This document shows positions 60,601 through 64,000 of a DNA stretch of 64,000 nt, piece after piece (position 1 is the stretch's first letter; each line of letters opens with the position of its first letter). A program made the translations under genes and the position numbers. Source of the stretch: Candidatus Uhrbacteria bacterium. GTDB taxonomy: Bacteria > Patescibacteriota > Patescibacteriia > UBA9934 > GWF2-40-263. A model generated the notes under the pieces. That model ran no database searches, was not told the origin of the DNA, and worked only from the letters and a program-made list of their open reading frames with translations. The stretch lies in NCBI GenBank assembly GCA_026395055.1, contig JAPLZK010000004.1, forward strand, positions 273,891-337,890, in the 5' to 3' direction.

Positions 60601-63600
60601 GCATCTATTGCAGCAACAGCGCCAAGCATTGTGCTGAATTCGTACGGACAAAGTGCCGGAAATGATTACGTTCTCATCAACTACACAGGAATTGATGCGC
60701 AAAATGATATATCGCATCTTGCCACAATGGAGTTTTCTCCAAACAACACAAACTGGTTTCCGATGACAGAAAAAGCGGGAGTGGGAAGTAGTGGAACAAC
60801 CGGACTTGCATTTACTTCATCCGGAGCCGCCTTCGTCTTCGCTTGGGACGCAGCAACAGATCTTTCGCAAGTTGAAGGAGATGTGTATGTCCGACTTGTC
60901 GCAAATGACGGAGCACAAGATGGAGACATTGCCACAAGTTCATCGTTCCCCCTCGATTTGAAAGCTCCGGTCGTCTCGAATGTAAGCGCTTCTCAAAGTG
61001 GACACAACGTGACGGTCACGTATGACGTAGCAGACGTCACTTCAAGTATCGCGGTTGATTTAGAAGTATCTTCTGATAACGGATCAACGTGGACGGTATC
61101 GACTCCATCGGCAACAGGAGCTGTTGGAAGCGGTCAGACAACAGGGGTTGGAAAAACAATTGTCTGGAATGCGGATGTAGATTTTGATGGACAGTTCCAA
61201 TCTGATATGAAGATTCGTGTGCGTGCAACGGACAGCTTCCATCATGAAGGTTCGTTTGCAGAGTCATCTGCATTCACGCTCGACACTGCAAATCCAGTTG
61301 TCTCGAACGTCACGGCTTCACAGCTCCCTTCAAGCGACACTGTGTCCGTCACGTATGATCTTTCCGATGATACGGGAACAGGATTGAATGTCGTGTTCGA
61401 AGTATCGAGTGATAATGGATTAACCTGGACCGTTCCAACAACTTCCGCAACGGGCGCATTTGGATCCGGACAAACAGCGGAGGTTGCAAAAACCATTTCC
61501 TGGAATGCGGGAGCCGATTTCAATCATCACTATTCAACAGGAATGATGGTTCGCGTGCGTGCGACCGATTCGTTCGCGAATGAAGGATTGTACGGAGCAT
61601 CTTCTGCGTTCACCGTCGACACAAACACACCAAGTGTTTCAACTGTCACAGCTGTTCAAAATGCTGGTTCTACAAACGTAAACATTGCGTACGATGCATC
61701 AGATGACACTTCGAATGGACTTACAGTTGCTCTCGAAGTATCGGATGATAATGGATCAACTTGGACGGTGGGAACAACATCTGCAAGTGGATCGGTTGGA
61801 AACGGACAGTCTGTGGGGACAGGAAAAGCCATTGCATGGAACGCAAAACTCGACTTTACAGATCAGTTTAAGTCAGACATGAAGGCGCGTGTACGTGTGA
61901 CGGATGCGTATGGACATGTTCAAACATCGAGCGCATCTTCTGCATTCGGTCTTGATACAACAGATCCGGTCATCTCAAATCTCTCTGTTGCACAAACAGC
62001 AGGATCGAATAATGTAACAATCGGATATGATCTTTCCGATGATACGGCAACAAATCTAGCAATTGCCTTGCAAATCTCAAGTGATGGTGGTTCTACCTGG
62101 ACGGTCACTACAACTTCCGCGACAGGATCTGTCGGAAGTGGGTTCTCGAGTGGTGCAGGAAAAATCATTACATGGGATGCGGGAACAGATTTCGCAAATC
62201 AAGAAGTCTCAAATATGCGTGCACGACTTGTTGGAACGGATGCGTTCTCAAATACAAGTGTGAACACAGATTCAACAAATGTGCTTGTTGATACAAAAGA
62301 CCCTGTTGGTCTTTCAAGTCTGACAAACTTCCTCAACACAAGCACAGCAATTACACTTCACTGGAATTCCGCGAGTGATTTAACTTTTGATCATTACGAA
62401 CTCTGGTTTGGTGAAAATGAGATAGACGTGACGAATCGAACGGGTGCGGCACACAGCTGGGCCGTTTCAGATGATGCAATACTTGCAAACGCACTCACGT
62501 CGTCAACAACGATCGCAGGACTCACGATTACTTCGGATGTCTTTGTCAGAATCTTTGCGGTTGATGCGTATGGACATGTGGTGACAACAGGTGATGTACG
62601 CGTTTCACCTCCAGCCCCACCGGTTCCAATAACGATCGCGGGTGGAGGTGGTGGTAACGGTGGATGTTCTGGAGTTGGATGTGCGCCCGTCCTTCCAACA
62701 CTTCCAGACACGATTCCGCCGACAACTCCAATCGTTTCTACACTTCCATCAACAATGAACGATAAGGCCGTTCTTATAAGCGGACTCGCAGAACAGAGTT
62801 CCATAATTGATCTGTATGATCACGGAACATTGATTCGTCGATTGGCGAATAAAACAACGGCAGACGGGGTGTTTGCAGAAACAATCACGTTTGATGAGGG
62901 AGCGCACGTTCTAACGGTGAAAGCAACAGATGCAGTAGGGAATACGAGTGGATTCTCGGATGCTGTGGCATTTACCGTTGACTTAATGCCTCCTGTGAGT
63001 GTAACGACGCCTGTTATAACAACACCCACAGAAACAGTGGTCGTTTCTCCGCCCGTATCCATTCCGCCACCTGTTCTTGGGCCAACGCTCCTTCCGGCGA
63101 TAACGCCTTCCGCCGCAGCGATTCAGCAGGTTGTGGGTGCGGTCGAGCTTCCAGGACTTCAAGCGCCTGAAATTACGAACGCCGTTGCAACAACAGCCGT
63201 CGCCGTGCCTGCCGCCGGAGTTGCAAATGCTGTTACAGGAACAACGTTCCGATTCAGCGGAACAACCATTCCAAATGCACGCGTAGCCGTTTATCTTCAC
63301 AGTACACAAGCGCTTGTGTATCAAACAACGTCAGACGTAAAAGGTGTGTGGACTCTGGATCATTCACAACAACGTGCTGAGCTTGCAGAAGGGGATCACT
63401 CCATTTACGCCGTAACCATTGATCCAAACGCAAACGTAAAGAGTCACGCAAGTCCAATTCGTATGTTTACCGTGAAAAAGGATTGGCTTGCAGATTTATT
63501 CCAATATCTCAATTTACACACAACGCTTATTACGTTAGGAATATTAATGGTATCCGTTCTTTGGCTCTTTCGCTTAAAGAAAAAAGGGGTAGAACAGGTT

Positions 63601-63603
63601 TAA
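51655..63603 (+). CDS. Giant (3982 aa) Ig-like repeat surface protein
   Basis: Uninterrupted ORF; ~100-aa repeats with S.DNG.TW and ITWNAGTDF; N- and C-terminal TM helices. Confidence 0.92.
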   Translation: MNRSWLNFYLRCSGFVFNLKQKVVQSENWIVILPSAILLIGSECVLSLTSLPLFLLVSPDSVQESGLFFPKKLKDKSAYQSFMVRRKISLFTAGGAGGIYILKLLIVGIVSAYLLGATPLLAAIQNWDLSTAGNYTYDSAKVEVTGGVARLKDLGSSASGSTANSNFTSNSTGWTYVPNWIHGGGGSNSGNYHAASGNPGGYIDLDEDAQKSKTEASYWYQSFATTVNSPDTATISLDWASLTVGTLASTYKIYVFIDTTSGNPTVGQEVWSSPEITSTTPWASVAPISITAKVPTAGMYYLKIASRISRTASGSLREHNVTGWDNVIVNWSKTTHSYDTSSPTITPTTSLTLTGTKSWNHFTETSTLNGGSINYQLSSDDGVTWQYWNGSAWATAGGSNDNAATVVDAHIATFTKATNKIKWKAFLTSSGTQQVILDNVAVDYTDNALPVISSVSPAQSISTGRVVIPYTLTDADSDPATLSTYEYSLTGAFTGEQVTMTAATGDPSHSGISGLTSSPGGTAHTFVWDAFSQLGAVYNTTVYVRLRANDGVGNSSYAASSVFTVDYVNPVVSSVTAAQTLGSTNVSITYTLADNTSDNLLVEVQASSDNGVTWTVPITSVTGAVGAGQSTGTGKTITWNAGTDYTSHELSTMKIQVRAKDKYQNQGSYVASSAFALDTRAAAVSAQVNLQAQPNAGDTTALLGGSFTEINPNTNDFYVAIDGGAYGTSTAGTVNTASPANQATAVGSTLSGHDYISNVKIIHTDDFGNVTSNENTLPSTLFKYVKPYTPLAPTLSSPLTTQLNVVVNPNASEASDVEYAINETSTGKFVQANGTLGASAVWQTTAVWGTKIVTGLSSPVANYIFKVKSRNPNDAGHAASSESAYSPTAQISNTAPSITLGSISQTTDGTKYVTINYTGTDVQGDINSLTVYEYSRDNATWHTMTEKSGVGSEGTSNLTFLSGGSSHNFKWDIGTDLAGVEDATVYVRLRSSDTLATSTFTTSSAFEIDTTLPVVSSVSASQNSGARMVTVTYTLTDANNSLVDIGISNDGGSTWAVATTTASGHIGSGVTPGSKTITWNAGTDFNTQYNTSMQVRVRARDTFGNQGVYASTSSFTVDTHAPSVANVTAVQDSGADTFTFHYDVSEDAGNVMVGLEVSNDGGSTWATPVTSAAGDIGSGISSGTGKTITWNAGTDYNGHEKTTMKIRVTATDAYSNTSNTSSSNFDLDSLAPRVTSVAAVQILGTTNVSITYTLADQNSSLVEMDISNDAGSTWTVTNTSVTGDIGSSISSGSKTITWNAGADYDEHAQANMRVRVRAKDIFNHQSANTQSVNYALDTLNPATNVIVDLQAQPNAGATTVSVGGSFTETNPNTNDFYVAIDGGDYGSVSAGDTNTASPSNHATSVGGTLDGNDYISKVKMVHADDYGQSVTNENTSPSFQYVKPYTPATPTVSNPTHGTVDVTVTKNALETDGLEYAIFETTQNTYVQADGSLDAGAVWRTTTAWGTETVHGLTNASYTYQFKVKSRNTSDGLHAASSESALSGGASSANQSPSIALNTVAETMDATKYVTIAYTGSDLESESSAIITAQYSRDNAAWHTMTEKSGVGSDGTTGLAFAYMGTSHHFMWDVGTDLANTEDTTTYIRLQANDGTSSGSVVTSDAFTIDTKNPVVSSVAAVQQGGSNNVIFTYTLTDASSSSVALDVSDDAGLTWVVAQTTTTGDVGANISAGSGKSITWNPGVDFSGQEQSDLRVRIRATDDFGNAGANASSANFTIDTESPRISNVTASQDSGLNTVTIHYDIADANTSDVAMDISEDNGLTWGVAKTTLAGAIGSGISTGTNKTVTWNAATDFPNREQSGMMIRVHATDTHNNLSGDVSSSSFGVDTLAPVISNVVASQTLGSNNVVFTYDLSDSGSVNVALDISSNSGSTWVVIDTSVTGAVGAGQTTGTSKTITWNAGTDASNTDLSTMRVRVRGTDGFNNASSNVESSDFLLDTKSPVVLTVADLVSQPVAGSSAATVIGSFTETNPNTNDFYVAIDGGAYSPVSGGDVNTASPSGHVTPIGATLDGNDYISKVKIVHTDDYGHSVTSENTTPSISFKYVKPYTPQAPGVTNPHNTTVDLVSVPNAAETSGLEYAIYETSTSKFVQADGSLSTGAVWRTSVAWGTTTVTGLSSPVAHYHFEEKSRNTSDAAHAVSSESDLSASGSITNSAPVVSITSASQQTASNYALIQYTGTDAQNDTNSLTTFEYSTDNSAWHTMTEKAGVGSDGTSGLIFASAGTAYTFAWDIATDLPNTGDPTVYVRLQSSDTLASSNMEASSAFAIDTLGPVISNILTSQIPGTNLLTFTYDLADSTAANNTVSLLISSDSGLTWSVPTTTLVGDVGSSVSAGLSRTVTWNAGTDFNNQEHSTMRIQIQGTDVYGNAGSAVSSSNFTVDTKGAVVSGVTAAQVDGSNTIQVDYTLSDLSSGGLLVEFSASSDNGSTWTVPVNTYTGEMGAGQTTGTKQFIWNAGVDFANEAHANMKVRVRALDYYGDQGGFTSSSAFALDTKASVVSNVTASQNSGARTVAISYDLADDTSSNLTTELQISEDNGISWTVIQSSVTGAVGSGISTGSGKTITWDAGTDFNGQFQSDMKVRVRAMDRFINQGDYAASSAFTVDTANPVVSNVTASQNTGSDLVTMHYDLADGSSTNLTIALEISSDGGSTWIVPTTSATGHVGSGISTGTAKTITWNAGTDFNNQEISNLRVQVKATDRFTNAGSFVSSSNVAIDTKAPITLATTDLSAQPNAGDTFVLVSGSFTESHPDTNDVSVAIDGGAYYLPSGLDGTASVTNQGVGTGATLRGNDYISKAKIVHTDVFNHGGTNENTALSAAFKYVKPYTPQPLTVENATANSVDVTVNKNPAEVSGLEYAIFESTTSKYVQADGSLNTSAVWQTGAVWSTKTVSGLSSPVSNYLFKAKSRNSADAGHAISSESALSSGASIAATAPSIVLNSYGQSAGNDYVLINYTGIDAQNDISHLATMEFSPNNTNWFPMTEKAGVGSSGTTGLAFTSSGAAFVFAWDAATDLSQVEGDVYVRLVANDGAQDGDIATSSSFPLDLKAPVVSNVSASQSGHNVTVTYDVADVTSSIAVDLEVSSDNGSTWTVSTPSATGAVGSGQTTGVGKTIVWNADVDFDGQFQSDMKIRVRATDSFHHEGSFAESSAFTLDTANPVVSNVTASQLPSSDTVSVTYDLSDDTGTGLNVVFEVSSDNGLTWTVPTTSATGAFGSGQTAEVAKTISWNAGADFNHHYSTGMMVRVRATDSFANEGLYGASSAFTVDTNTPSVSTVTAVQNAGSTNVNIAYDASDDTSNGLTVALEVSDDNGSTWTVGTTSASGSVGNGQSVGTGKAIAWNAKLDFTDQFKSDMKARVRVTDAYGHVQTSSASSAFGLDTTDPVISNLSVAQTAGSNNVTIGYDLSDDTATNLAIALQISSDGGSTWTVTTTSATGSVGSGFSSGAGKIITWDAGTDFANQEVSNMRARLVGTDAFSNTSVNTDSTNVLVDTKDPVGLSSLTNFLNTSTAITLHWNSASDLTFDHYELWFGENEIDVTNRTGAAHSWAVSDDAILANALTSSTTIAGLTITSDVFVRIFAVDAYGHVVTTGDVRVSPPAPPVPITIAGGGGGNGGCSGVGCAPVLPTLPDTIPPTTPIVSTLPSTMNDKAVLISGLAEQSSIIDLYDHGTLIRRLANKTTADGVFAETITFDEGAHVLTVKATDAVGNTSGFSDAVAFTVDLMPPVSVTTPVITTPTETVVVSPPVSIPPPVLGPTLLPAITPSAAAIQQVVGAVELPGLQAPEITNAVATTAVAVPAAGVANAVTGTTFRFSGTTIPNARVAVYLHSTQALVYQTTSDVKGVWTLDHSQQRAELAEGDHSIYAVTIDPNANVKSHASPIRMFTVKKDWLADLFQYLNLHTTLITLGILMVSVLWLFRLKKKGVEQV

Positions 63604-63836
63604 GAAAAAGATCACAAAAAACCCATTTAGGGTTTTTTGTTATCCACAGATCCTGACGTGTTCTTTTAACAAAAAAATGATATGATCGTTTCGTAATGAT
63701 TCAATTCTTTCTGTCGATGCAGAAAGACTTTATTTATATAATAAAAACTAAAAGAGTCCTTTAATTTGTATTTCATTGCAGGCGATTTTTGTACGAGTCG
63801 ATAACGTATAAGAAAAACGCGGTTATGGAGTAAAAA

Positions 63837-64000
63837 ATGCTTATGAATACCGTTCGATTAGGTTTAAAAAATTTCACCACCGCTCTATTGGCGGTTGCTG
63901 TTGTAGCAAGCATGCTTGTAATCATGCAACCTCAAGCAGCCAATGCAGCTTTGACACTCACGATTAATGTGGCGCCAGGTCCTGCTGTTCCTCGAATTGT
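63837..64000 (+). CDS. Secreted protein, N-terminus only (runs off the window)
   Basis: MLMNTVRLGLKNFTTALLAVAVVASMLVIMQPQAANA signal peptide. Confidence 0.65.
   Translation, partial: MLMNTVRLGLKNFTTALLAVAVVASMLVIMQPQAANAALTLTINVAPGPAVPRI

Noticed and set aside
51655-63603. Diversity-generating retroelement target or assembly artefact in the giant gene
   Set aside because: The repeats are diverged at the DNA level, and I saw no adenine-specific TR/VR pair or reverse transcriptase.

Overview
Chromosomal window from a small-genome bacterium, most likely Patescibacteria/CPR (inferred from archaeal-type pyrH, alpha2 glycyl-tRNA synthetase, DUF4012, TrmB regulator and AT-rich, SD-less starts of core genes; standard code 11). 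It holds core genes (xseA/xseB, pyrH, rplJ/rplL with L10 leader, mreB, holB, frr, glyQS, tpiA, rpmG, recQ), four tRNAs, a glycosyltransferase cluster, two GIY-YIG nucleases with associated palindromic repeats and a 3982-aa repeat surface protein. The most unusual region is a ~5.4 kb RNA-rich island at 17.3-22.75 kb, between trmB and holB. It carries minus-strand, GC-rich, Shine-Dalgarno-led orphan ORFs (401, 124, 50, 44, 44 and 43 aa), two copies of a ~170-180 nt covarying multi-branch 5' RNA motif, three copies of a covarying 3' stem-loop without a U-tract, and a ~1.2 kb hairpin-dense stretch with no convincing ORF. None of these RNA elements matches a family I can name by eye. All structures were folded by hand and need computational and transcript confirmation.
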